From: Felis catus
Taxonomy: Eukaryota
Assembly: GCF_018350175.1 (NCBI RefSeq)
Contig: NC_058368.1
Coordinates: 36,954,001-37,018,000 of the forward strand
DNA: 64,000 bases
Direction: 5' to 3'
Shown: positions 26,450 to 37,800 of the stretch, in pieces
Numbering within the stretch: position 1 is the stretch's first letter
How the letters are laid out: every line of letters begins with the position of its first letter
Position numbers and translations under genes: made by a program
Notes under the pieces: model-generated
The model's input: the letters and a program-made list of their open reading frames with translations, nothing else
Databases searched by the model: none
Told to the model about the DNA's origin: nothing

Positions 26450-26660
26450 TTGCATTTCAAATTCTGATTCAGCTCTTTACTAGCTAGGGAAAATTATTTA
26501 ATTTTTCTGTACTCTAATTATCTACAAAATGGAAAGACTAATAATATCTACTTTATAGGGCTCTTGTGAGAATTAAAAAGGATAATTTGTGTTAAGTATT
26601 TTTTATGCCATTTGAAATATAGTAAGTACTCAGTAGATACCAGCCTCATTGTGGCTGTCA
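26450..26660 (+). mobile_element. MIR fragment
   Basis: 'tctacaaaatgg', 'ttgtgagaattaaa' and 'atagtaagtactcagtaga'. Confidence 0.7.
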
Positions 26661-26949
26661 TTATTTTTTCACCTGTAATTTGAGAAGTTTCCTAAGGAGT
26701 GCAACTATAAAGGTCCATTTCATGAGAAGGTTTCTTAGCACCGCCTTTTGTTTATAGAGTTGTTTTAAAGAGTGAGTTGAAGGAACTCTAGCATCATACC
26801 ACAAAATGGGTATGACTTTAGGGATTCTAGAAAGGCCAGTCTTCCAAAACCTCACCTAAAAGGAGGCATATTGAAATATGATTTAACTGTAAATACTTAT
26901 GGGAAAAATAATAACTTCTTAATTATTCAATAAATGTTGGCTGTTATCT

Positions 26950-27410
26950 TTATCAGTTTGCTATTGACACAATATGGTTACCAAAAAAAAAAAATCTCAG
27001 TGGCATGGAACTATAGGCATTTATTTAGCTCAATTGGTTGGAGGTGCACATGTAGGCTGGGCTTGGGTGAATAGCTCTGCTGCTCTCAGATGGGTCTCCT
27101 CAAGCATTGTGGATTGATTCTGCTCTGTGTGTTTCTTATTTTCCTCCAGGAATCAGAAGGTCTGCCTGGATTTGGTGTTCTCATGGAGATGGCAGAAGTA
27201 TAAGAGGGCTAGCCCAACTGCTTGAATGATTCTCAACATTTTGGTGCCATTACCCTTGCTAATATTCCATTGATTAAGGTAAGTCATATGGGTGAAACAA
27301 AAATCGACAGTGGTCAAATACACTCCACCACTTTAGTGGAGGAGGAACTGAAAAGCTACCTGGCAAAAGGCACAGATACAGAGAAGGTTAAAGGATTGGG
27401 GTGATCAGGA
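26950..27410 (-). mobile_element. Old MLT1 (H/I/J-like) MaLR LTR
   Basis: 'aaaatctcagtggc', 'ttctcatggagatggcagaag', 'atattccattg..aagtcatatgg' and 'tggcaaaaggcacagatacag'. Confidence 0.7.
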
Positions 27411-29797
27411 CACATGTGTCTCCAATGGCAATAATACAAACCACTCTGGTGCTGTGTGCTCCCATAGCTTCACTCCTACTCCACCCAGCCTGCCCTCCTC
27501 CTATATCTACTGCCTGTAAAGGCCTCCATAACCTCTTACATTGTACCGTATTGACCATTTCATCATATTCACAGTGCTTAACAGCTTCCAACCAGTTCCT
27601 CTTACCTGATTCCCTTTAACTGAAACTTGGCTTTCTCCTAATATTGCAAATTCCTTTCCAACTGTTTCATGGTCTTCCTTTGAACTCGTTTGGTGGCAAG
27701 TTCATGCAGAATATTCTTTATATTGTGCATACCTCTTTTCAGGTAATTGTTCTTTTGCTGTGGCTCAATAGCTTTTTTATGAGCTGACATTTTCCACTGC
27801 TGTTTATCTCTTTTCAACCTAGCATCTCAAATTCACCTTGTTCTCTGCCAACTTCAGAGTTCAAATCCACTCCCTTTCATTATGTCACTTTCGCCTTTAC
27901 AATTTTTTTAAAACTCTTTCTAGGCTTCCATAATTGGGCATTATTCTATTTCCCACTTCATAGGTTCTTCCTTTGCCTCACATACTGGAAATTTTCTCCC
28001 TCTCACCCCATAAATAGAGGAATTCTTTAAAGATTTGTCCTTAACTTTCAACTCATTATTTTTCCCTTGGTAATCTAATTTGTTCCCACAGGTTAAATTA
28101 TCATCTCTAGTGGATGAGTCTTGACTTTGTTTTTACATTGGCTTCCTTCCCAAGAAGTGAACTTTCAGCAGCTTGCCATACTTCTTTACTGTCCACAGAC
28201 AATCTGTATCTGTTTTCATGACCCCTATTTTCTTTATTACTACCTCAGTCCTTCCAGGACATCAGATCAAAATTTCATATATTCAATTTATTTTAATGTA
28301 TTTAGTTCTTTCTATTCTAATCTAATTAAACCTTTCCACACTCTTGTGTATCATAGATACCTCAAATCATTGTAACAAGCATCTGTTATCTGACTCTTTT
28401 TCCCCCCCAATCTTGCAAGGCCCAGGAGATAAAAATATGACAAAGATATGGCCCCAGACTTTAAATAATTCTATTGGAAGAGGCATAAAATAAATATTTG
28501 GCCATGAAAAGAAAAGTAAGGGCCATTCTGGTGGCATAAACGAATGCTATGGGAACACTAAGAAGCAAGAAATTAATTCTATTATGGAGATCTGTCAGAG
28601 TAGCCTGCACAGAGGAGGTAACATTTGAGCTGTCTTTAAAAGATGAGTCAGAAATGTAGCATTCTTGACATTTAAAGGTTTACAGTCTGCAAAATGTGTG
28701 ACCCGTATCAGTGTCCATAACAGATGCTTGCCTGCCCTTGGGAACATCAGCAACACTCTATAAAAGGTTTCTCTCCAGTGCACCAATGTCTCAGGAAATC
28801 TTGCCTGGTTCTGCCTTCTGAGTTTACCTCTTTTTTGTTCTTAGTCTTGATATAAACCTCCAGATATGGTTCTTTGGACCTTTCCTTACTTCTTGTGCCC
28901 ACTCTTACTAAATCAATTTCAATTCCCTTTTGCTTAGTTTTCTAAAGCTTCTGATAAGAACTTGCTCAGGAAATCCAGCCACTTTTAGAATATGAGACTC
29001 CTTCTTAATTGGGTAGGTATGCAGATAATTTGGGGAGTAAGATAAGTAGCTAAATAACTGTAAGTCAAAACAAAAGGTAGATGCCATTGAAGAGTTCCAA
29101 TGTTATGCAGATTTAAAAGGAGAGTTCCTCACAAGTATTTAAACTTCTCCTCTGATAACTCTGGACCATCCCATCATGACTGAAAATTACTTTTTTCCCC
29201 ATAAATATTGCTTTCTTGCCTCCATCTTTTGGTATCCTGGAAGAGATTTGTGTGAGTATATAAAAGAGAATGTTTGAATGTTTATCTCTGAACATTTGCA
29301 AGTGTATCCTTACTGTAGTCTGTCTGTCTTTTGAACAAGATGTGTGGCCAGAGATAACAGTGGCTCACCTCAGATTTCCTGGGCACTGGAACACTGAGCA
29401 TGAGTCACTCCTAATATTGGCTGGAGCACTGTGCAACACCTGTGTGCGTCAGCTGTTCCATGGGATCTGAGTGCATGGATGGTATTCACACTTCTGTTAC
29501 TGGGTTGGGGTAATCTGAATCAGGACTTGCTTCTGTCTATAAGTAGATCTGGTCAGATGCTAAAAGAAGAATAACAAATACCTCAGATCCTAGGATCCTG
29601 TAATGGAAAATAAAATTGAACCAGGTCCGGTGGTAACAAATAGTGCACGTTGGTGAAATGGTTGGGTAGGATAGCCTAGAGAAGTTTTGAGTTCACAAAT
29701 TAATGGATTACGTAATAGAATTCCTCATTGTTCAGGAGCAACAGCAGCAGAGTTAGGCGGGGGTTGAAATGGATTATTTTCTTTCTCTTTGTTACAG

Positions 29798-29842
29798 GTT
29801 TTCTTATAGATTCAGTATTAAAACAAGTAATTAGGTTTTTTG
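29798..29842 (+). other. Candidate 45-nt frame-preserving exon
   Basis: Strong acceptor 'ttttctttctctttgttacag|G' and donor 'TTG|gtgaga'; only one open frame (FLIDSVLKQVIRFF); not recognised. Confidence 0.15.
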
Positions 29843-30485
29843 GTGAGATCTCAAAAGAGTTGCTTTCACTTGAATTTGCTAATGTGTTTGTTTTCTGTAA
29901 ATGCATTTCCATTTCTATTTTGTAGTAAGACTACACTAAATAGTCTATGAGTGTGTATTTTATCTAGAAATTGCAATGTTAAGTGCCTGGTCAAAATATA
30001 TATTCAAAGCTTATAGGTCTAAATATAGTTTGCAAATGTAAAAAGAATTGGGTTAATTTGCTATGACCACAGGTATATAAATAAGAAGGATAAAAGAAAA
30101 ACACAAATATTGTCACATTAATCACAAATATGAAAAATTTATGACACATAAACTACAGCTCTCCCAAAATATAATACATAAGGAATTAGAATTACTAGAG
30201 CCAAGTCTGTTATTTTTGCTGAAAGTAGTCCTTACGTAATTGTCAAAGCTTTAAACGTACATCTCAATCTCCATATTTTTGTCAATTTAAAAGAGCAGCA
30301 GGATCACAAGATGCCATGCTACAAGGACAATTTCCTCTTTTTAATTTTTTCAATAATTATGAGCTATTTAGTGAGAGAAGCATTTTTGGAATATAATTAG
30401 CAGGGCAGAATTGACAAGGAGGATGTGGTGAAAACACAAACAAATTCACATCTGCCAAAATGTGTAAGAAAGTGTAGTTTTTCTT

Positions 30486-30695
30486 TTTTCTTTAACGTTT
30501 ATTTATTTTTGGGACAGAGAGAGACAGAGCATGAACGGGGGAGGGTCAGAGAGAGGGAGACACAGAATCTGAAACAGGCTCCAGGCTCTGAGCTGTCAGC
30601 ACAGAGCCCGTCGTGGGGCTCGAACTAACGGACCCGCGAGATCATGACCTGAGCCGAAGTCGGCCGCTTAACCCACTGAGCCACCCAGGCGCCCC
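30486..30695 (-). mobile_element. Can-SINE (felid)
   Basis: TSD tagtttttctt at 30475-30485 and 30696-30706. Confidence 0.96.
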
Positions 30696-31014
30696 TAGTT
30701 TTTCTTAATGAAGTGATTTAATACGACAATGGAATTATAGAACAAAAGAAATTTTAATTGCATGCACTACCATAATTCTGCACATTTATTAGAGAAATCA
30801 AAATATTAAAGCTCTGTTTAACAAATAAAATTAATATTTTCTTTCATCCTTCAGTGTGTTTTAAGAATCTGAGAGGGTAGTTGTTAAAAACTTTAAAGTC
30901 AATGTACATGATAAAAGTGTTTGCAGAAATGGAGGTATTACCTTCTGATATCCATATGTATTCAGCACTAGACATGCTTTTCTAAGAATACAGCCTTAAC
31001 TTTGAACTTCTGGG

Positions 31015-31225
31015 AGGCAATAGATTGTAATTGAACATGAGGAGCTTTGGAATTGAACATAACTCGGTTTGAGCTGTGAGCCTTTGGCAAATTATAAAAC
31101 CTGCTCGAGTGTCCGTTTCTTCACTTACAACATGGGGAAACTAATATCTAATTCTTAGTGATAAGGTATTCCATGTGATATCAAGTATAGAGTGTCCTGT
31201 ACTCAGGTGCTCAATAAATCTTTTG
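31015..31225 (+). mobile_element. MIR fragment
   Basis: 'agctgtgagcctttggcaaatta', 'gtttcttcacttacaacatgggga' and 'aggtgctcaataaat'. Confidence 0.7.
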
Positions 31226-32186
31226 TTCCTATTCTTTCTCCTGTAAATAAAGGAAAAATATAATTGAGTAGTGGCATTACTACTATGTTTAATACTACTA
31301 TTAGCAATAACTTCTGTTTATTGAACGTCGGTTATATAATCTGTATTGGGACAGTGGCTTTACATAAACTTAATTGAGTATCTACTATGTACTGGCTATT
31401 GAGCTGGCTACTTTATAGTATATTCTCTACATAAAACTGTAAAAATCAACTTTGTAAGGAATAAACTCGGAATACGTTATATAGATGAGAAATTTGTGTT
31501 TGGCTGGAATAGTACTGATTTCTAAACTGAAATACTAAAAGTGTTCTAGACCTTTAGAAGCTTTATCATTTTCACTACCTCATTTGACATTCTATCTATG
31601 TGTAGTAACTAATAGAGATTTCAGTAGCCCCAAGTAACAGCTGAGACAACAAAGGTTTAATTAAGTTGTGACTTCCATTTTCTCTTAGTTACTTTTGGAG
31701 CTGTGACTTAAATTCAGCTTTTTAAGCTCATTTCCAGCTTTCTTTGCCATATGCCATTCTTTCTCAGTGTGTTTATGATAACTTAGTTACATTTATTACT
31801 GTAGAAATATAGTTTAAGGATAATGTTGAATGGTTTTTCTCTGGTTCTCTGGAGGTCAGGACAAGAGGGAATGCTTATAAAGTAGTAGAGAAGGATTTTA
31901 GAGTTTGGGGTAAAAAATTTGCTTTTTACCAGCTCTGAAACGCTGTAATGGAACCACTGAAGGTGATTTTCTGAAGATTTGAAAGTATGGAAAAGATATA
32001 ACTATGTTTGGAAGAAGATGTGATGAGAATGGGCTAAATGATTTATCTAAGATATTTTCCTGGCTTAAGATGATAAGATTTTTCACCACATATATTTGTA
32101 CTTTCCTATAAACTTCTCTCCATACTTATGAAAACAGATTTTATTCGCCCCCCGTACACCACCCAGACTCAAGCCCCTGCACACTA

Positions 32187-32188
32187 CA

Positions 32189-32259
<71 letters not shown>
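32187..32259. repeat. Interrupted (CA)n microsatellite
   Basis: Directly visible. Confidence 0.95.
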
Positions 32260-32835
32260 GAACCTTGTTTTAGTGAATAATGGTAAGCCATAGTGCCCCT
32301 TGACTTTCGGTCCTGGGTTAGTTCTGTTTGCCCACTACTCAGAACAATATTCTCTGATGGAAAGATGGCAAAACAAATCCACAAAGTGGACAGAAACAAA
32401 TTTGACTCCTCAGGTACTTAGAGCATGAATTTAACAAGCCTAATACTTTAGCTGTGATTCTACATGCTATACTAGCGGCTGAAGCAGGAGTTTCCCAGTT
32501 TGCTTTTCTCTTCAATACAATGAGGTAGAGATTTTAACTTCTTGGCAAACATATACTAGGTAATTGAACCCCTTGAGATTGTCCCAGGTGAAATGGAATG
32601 GAAGCATCCATCAATGTCATCCGTAGGTTGTCCTTTTCTCTACATCTTGTGGACCGAAGCCAATAATTTTCTAAAAGAATTGCGAGTATAGTTACTTTTC
32701 TCTTAATAACTTGTCTTGGCTCTGGAATCAGTTACTAACTTACCTGCCTTAAGTGTGATTGTTAAATATTACTATACTGATCAGTTTATTTGGAAGATAA
32801 CTGTTTGGGAGTTTGAAAAGGGCTGTGGGCATTTT

Positions 32836-32933
32836 TTCTGTAAATAAACTCTACTCCCGATGTGGGATTTGAACTCACAACTCCAAGATCAAGGGTCGCA
32901 TGCTCTATCAACTGAGCCCCCCCAGGTACCCCC
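32836..32933 (-). mobile_element. Short tRNA-like Can-SINE lacking the CT tract
   Basis: Minus strand 'ctcagttgatagagcatgcgacccttgatctt..gtgagttcaaatcccac..gtagag'; TSD ggctg(t/g)gggcatttt at 32821-32835 and 32936-32950. Confidence 0.88.
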
Positions 32934-34451
32934 ATGGCTGGGGGCATTTTAAAGGTGTTGTTTGATTACCTAGAAAGAATTTCCATGTATTGGCATAATA
33001 GTGTATTTATAATAACAAATGGAAACTATAAAATGTAAAGAGTGAATTATTTTGGCAATACTTTATGTTAAATGCTATTTTCTGTTCAGATGGCCATTGG
33101 TGATAATCTGGGGTTGTGGTATTTCCAGTGCCTATAGGATCTGCTCAGAGTCTCTACTGAGTAGAAACTTATGGCATTTAACTATTACATTCCAAAAAAG
33201 AGCTTTTGCAAAAATAAAAACTGAACATCTTGTGTTTCATAGATGTGTCTGTTCTTGAGCTGTGACTTTTCACGGGAGGGATTGTTCACATTACCTTTAG
33301 TTATCTCTATCTTTGAAATTTACTTAGAATTCAGGGCATAATGCCTGGCAATGATTATGGCCAGAGTTTCCTAGAGCTTAATATGATTTTAAAAATGCTC
33401 CCTCCTACTATTAATCTGAAGTATTTAACTGATTACTCATCCCTCCTTGTCAAACCTTATACAAGTCCTATCTGATAGAGAAAAATCTGCATAATAATGA
33501 TCTCAATAGACTTTAAAGAATACAAATATCTTTCTGGTTATTTTTTCCCTGGCAGTGTCTGCTCTGTACATCATAACTTAAATATGACAATTAGTTTGTT
33601 TATTACTATTACGTTTTGTTGAGCTAAATGTATACATATGCCCTTTAGATGTTCTTTTAGCCTTTGTTTTCAGTTGCTTTTTGTTTATTGAACATTTAAT
33701 GCAGTGCAGGTCAACATGATTTGTTTCCTTTCTGAAATTTTGGTCCTGATGAGATCTGTACTTATATAAGGGAGCACAATCTCTGAAAAGGTTTGAGAGA
33801 TTCTAACTTACTCAGAGAAGACCTTAGATGTTAACCACAAGGCTCTCAGCTACCATAAATGACTTCAACTCAAGTCAACCTTAATTCACTCACTTAATTC
33901 ACTTAAAGTAATTCAAGACATCGTTCAATTCTATTGGCTCCCATAGAAGGAGTCTATAATATCTTAATTTTTAAGAAAGAATAACTGTCTTTAGATTAGA
34001 TACCATTTTTAATGAATTATAGTGCATTTCCAAAGAGCTTCATCATTCAGAAATTATTCATCCTGTGGTGTCTTACCAAAATCATATGTCTGTGTCATAG
34101 GGGTAACTTGGCATTAAAATGACAGCACTGCAGTTACCGCTGTGTAGATGTACGCAGAATGAGCATAACCAGGAAATATGCACTCTAAGTGATATTCTCA
34201 AATGCAGAACTAACAAATAGTGTCCTGTAACCTTGTCAGCAGTGGTCAAGATGGAGTCTCATTTTTCTGATTTATAATGCTGGTCTACAGCTTCCATTGG
34301 AGTTGACAGTATATATTTAAGAGAGTAAAACATACAACAGTAAGCTCTTTCTCTTTACAGAAACAATTTTACCCTGACTTTTTAGGTGGTATTAAGTACT
34401 GAAAAGTCAGATTTCTGAGCAGGACCAGGACAAAGGTACAAATAGTCAAAC

Positions 34452-34844
34452 TGTGAAGAATCTAGGATTCTTAGCCTGCCATAGTTTCATGGATACTGAC
34501 AGAAGACACAAGAGTCCTCAGCCAGAGACAAAGGACTTCATTACTCACAGTAATAGCAGTAGTCAGTGTCAGCGTTTTTTGTTTTTTGTTTTTGTGCCAG
34601 TCTGCTGAGACCCAGTTTGCACAAGGAGATATGAAGCGGGGCAGGTGACACCTGTACAGGTAGTGTGTCGTATAGTAGGAGGAGATAAACCTAAAACTTA
34701 GGAAGCCCAAATATAATGGTCAATAAGCATGCCTTTTGCTGTGCAAAGAGATACTTTTTCTATTTTCCAAGACTCATATACACACCTCCTTGAAAAAGTC
34801 TGAAACATGGGGCAGTCAGTGCCTCTGCTTTTAAGGCATGTAGA
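34452..34844. mobile_element. Probable old ERVL-type LTR
   Basis: 'cagagacaaaggacttcattactcacag..agcagtag' resembles an old LTR family; subfamily uncertain. Confidence 0.45.
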
Positions 34845-35033
34845 GGGGCACTTGGGTGACTCAGTTGGTCAAGCGTCCAACTCTTAGTTTCGGCTCAGGT
34901 CATGATCCCGTGGTTCATGAGATTGAGCCCCACAATTGGCTCTGGGCTGGCAGCTCAGAGCCTGCTTGAGATTATCTGTCTCTCTCTCTCTATGCCCCTC
35001 CCCTCTCAAAATAAATAAATAAACATTAAAAAA
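34845..35033 (+). mobile_element. Can-SINE, first of three stacked copies
   Basis: Flanked by aag(g/a)catgtaga. Confidence 0.93.
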
Positions 35034-35051
35034 AAGACATGTAGAAATGCT

Positions 35052-35155
35052 GGAGCACCTATCTGGCTCAGAGCATGTGACTCTTGATTTTGGGCTTGTG
35101 AGTTCAAGTCCCATCTTGGGCATAGAGATTACTTAAAACTAAAATTTTAAAAAAA
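35052..35155 (+). mobile_element. Short Can-SINE, second of three stacked copies
   Basis: tRNA-like body ending 'tagagattacttaaaa'; flanked by acatgtagaaatgc. Confidence 0.88.
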
Positions 35156-35180
35156 TACATGTAGAAATGCAAGAGACCCA

Positions 35181-35376
35181 GGGTGCCTGAGTGGTCCAGT
35201 CGGTTAAATGTCTGACTCTTGATTTCAGCTCAGGTCATGATCTCTTTGTTCATGAGTTCGAGGCCCCCATCAGGCTCTGTGCTGACAGTGTCCAGCCTGC
35301 TTGAGATTCTCTCTCTCCTTCTCTCTATCCCCCCTCCTTTCTCTCAAAATAAATAAATAAATAAACTTAAAAAAAA
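35181..35376 (+). mobile_element. Can-SINE, third of three stacked copies
   Basis: Flanked by agaaatgcaagagaccca. Confidence 0.93.
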
Positions 35377-35564
35377 AGAAATGCAAGAGACCCATTACAC
35401 CTAAGACCATGAGTCCTTGTCCCTAAGAGTATCCAATTCTTGCCTAGGTTTGTTTATCAGTTCCATTATCTTATCTGAGAAATATGTATTTTCTTCTAAA
35501 CAGCTTTCAGTAAAAGAACCCAGTCTCATTTCCCCCTCTCCAGCTTACTCCTTAACCTATTTCT

Positions 35565-35790
35565 TTTTTTTTTTTTAATTTTTTTTTCAACATTTATTTA
35601 TTTTTGGGACAGAGAGAGACAGAGCATGAACGGGGGAGGGGCAGAGAGAGAGGGAGACACAGAATCGGAAACAGGCTCCAGGCTCTGAGCCATCAGCCCA
35701 GAGCCTGACGTGGGGCTTGAACTCACGGACCGCGAGATTGTGACCTGGCTGAAGTCGGACGCTTAACCGACTGCGCCACCCAGGCGCCCC
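35565..35790 (-). mobile_element. Can-SINE, young felid subfamily
   Basis: TSD ctccttaaccta(t/c)ttct. Confidence 0.97.
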
Positions 35791-35928
35791 TCTCCTTAAC
35801 CTACTTCTAAACTAATTTCACACCAAAATTACCTCCTTGAGGATGGACATACTCAGTCTCATCTTTCTTGGTCTCTCAGTACCAATTGATAATAAAAATT
35901 ACTTCTTTCTTTTTGAAACGAAGTCTTT

Positions 35929-36129
35929 GGGGCGCCTGGGTGGCTCAGTCAGTTAAGCGTCCGACTTCAGCTCAGGTCATGATCCCACGGTCCGTGAGTT
36001 CAAGCCCCGTGTCAGGCTCTGGGCTGATGGCTCAGAGCCTGGAGCCTGTTTCCGATTCTGTGTCTCCCTCTCTCTCTGCCTCTCCCCTGTTCATGTTCTG
36101 TCTCTCTCTGTCTCAAAAATAAATAAATG
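35929..36129 (+). mobile_element. Can-SINE (felid)
   Basis: TSD ttgaaa(c/t)gaagtcttt. Confidence 0.96.
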
Positions 36130-37270
36130 TTGAAATGAAGTCTTTTTTTGGCTTTTGTAAAACTATACCTACCCTTCCACTGCCACTTCTCAATTGTGCT
36201 GTGGCTGTTTCTTCCCTTAAAAAATTGATATCCTCTGAAGTTCTGTTCTTTTGTTTACAGTCTCCTTATGTGATATCACAAACTCTCAGATTTATGTCTC
36301 AAACTTAGACCTTTTCTGACCTCCAGACCCACATCGCCAGCTGCTTTTTGGATATCTCTATTTTGATGTCTTACTGGCATCTTCTTTCACTGAGTTCAAA
36401 ACACAACCTACCATTTTTCCTGGTCCTCTAAAAGTACATCTCCTCTTGTGCTACTGTCTCCTCAGTTGGTCCCACCATTTTCCCAGTTTTCCAATTCAGG
36501 TGGGTGCTGCTTTTGACTCTGCTTTTTCTGTGTCTTCCGTGTGTGTATTTGTTTATGTCCCGCTGATCTTGCCACCCAGTTAACTCCATATATTTTTTTT
36601 ATCATCCTCACCCTAACTATAGTAGTTCAAGCCACCCTCATTTACTGATGCTAATTGAATATGTTAAGATTCCTCACACCTGGTCTTTTTGGTTCCAGAG
36701 TCACTTTATTTAATCTTTAGCCCGAAGGAAAAAATACCAATTTGATCTTGTCAGGACCCTGATTAGAACACTTTTTTGAGTCCATTAGCCCTTGAGAGAA
36801 AAGTGGAACCTCCTATCATGGGATAAAAGAATTTCATATTTGACCTCCTGATCTAGTCTGCCTTGTTTCTGGCCATGTTTTAGTCTAGCCATATCTACAT
36901 TTTCTCTCTGTTCCTAGAAGCCACTTCCTGTTTTACCTTCAGACTTTCACAATTCTGGTGCCTTTTGCTAGAAACTGTCCCACTTGCCTGTTCAACCAGA
37001 TATCAGGTCCATGGGGAAATATTTTGAAATTCATCTTTATTTTGACCTAGCTGTTCCCATGGCACTCCCTCTACTGCTCCCTCTACTCCCTCTCTCCTAA
37101 CACTCATCCCCATGAATAGCAGTTGCTGATTTAATACTGACTGTCCCTTTGTACTCTTCTATGAAAGCAGGGAATGTTTTTTATCTTGTATATTGTATTC
37201 TCTAGGACTTCAAGCTACTCTGTGCTGATCAAAGGTTTTCAATAACTATTTTTGAATATATGAACAAATG
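36130..37270 (+). mobile_element. L2 LINE fragments (probably also 35400-35930)
   Basis: 'ctgacctccagaccc..ccagctgc..ggatatctc', 'caagccaccctcatt', 'atgaaagcaggga' and a tail-like 'tgaatatatgaacaaatgaa'. Confidence 0.7.
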
Positions 37271-37580
37271 AAAGTAAGATCTAGGTCTCTTCATGGTGAA
37301 TTATATCTGTATCTTACAGGCACAGATATCTCTATTTTTAATATAATGAAATAATGTTACCATTTATATAACAGGAATAACACACATATAATAACGGATG
37401 GAAATTTTTTGTTTCCAAGTTTTATATGTTTGTAAGTGTAAGGGTTTTAGAGCTCAACAAGAACAGTAATATATTCTGGCACATGGAAGTTTCTCAATAC
37501 ATATAGTTTTTAATGAATGAATGAAAATGGGAACTAGGTCCTATCACAGTGAATTTTGTGTTTTTAAATGACAAAGCCAA

Positions 37581-37800
37581 GGGGCGCCTAGGTGGCTTAG
37601 TTGGTTAAGCGTCCCACTTAGGTTCAGGTCATAATCTCGTGGTTTGTGAGTTTGAGTCCGGGTCAGGCTCTCTGCTGACAGCTCGGAGCCTGGATCCTGC
37701 TTCAGATTCTGTGACTTCCTCTCTCTCTGTTCCTCACCTGCTCGCACTCTGTCTCTCTCACTTTATCTCTCAAAAAAAAAAAAAGATTAAAAAGAATTTT
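37581..37800 (+). mobile_element. Can-SINE
   Basis: TSD aa(a/t)tgaca(a/g)agccaa. Confidence 0.94.

Noticed and set aside
32836..32933. tRNA-Lys-like sequence as a tRNA gene
   Set aside because: It has an A-rich tail, a TSD and degraded stems, so it is a short tRNA-derived SINE.
34831..35394. Recurring 'catgtagaaatgc' as a CRISPR-like repeat-spacer array
   Set aside because: The repeats are overlapping TSDs, the spacers are SINEs, and the DNA is mammalian.
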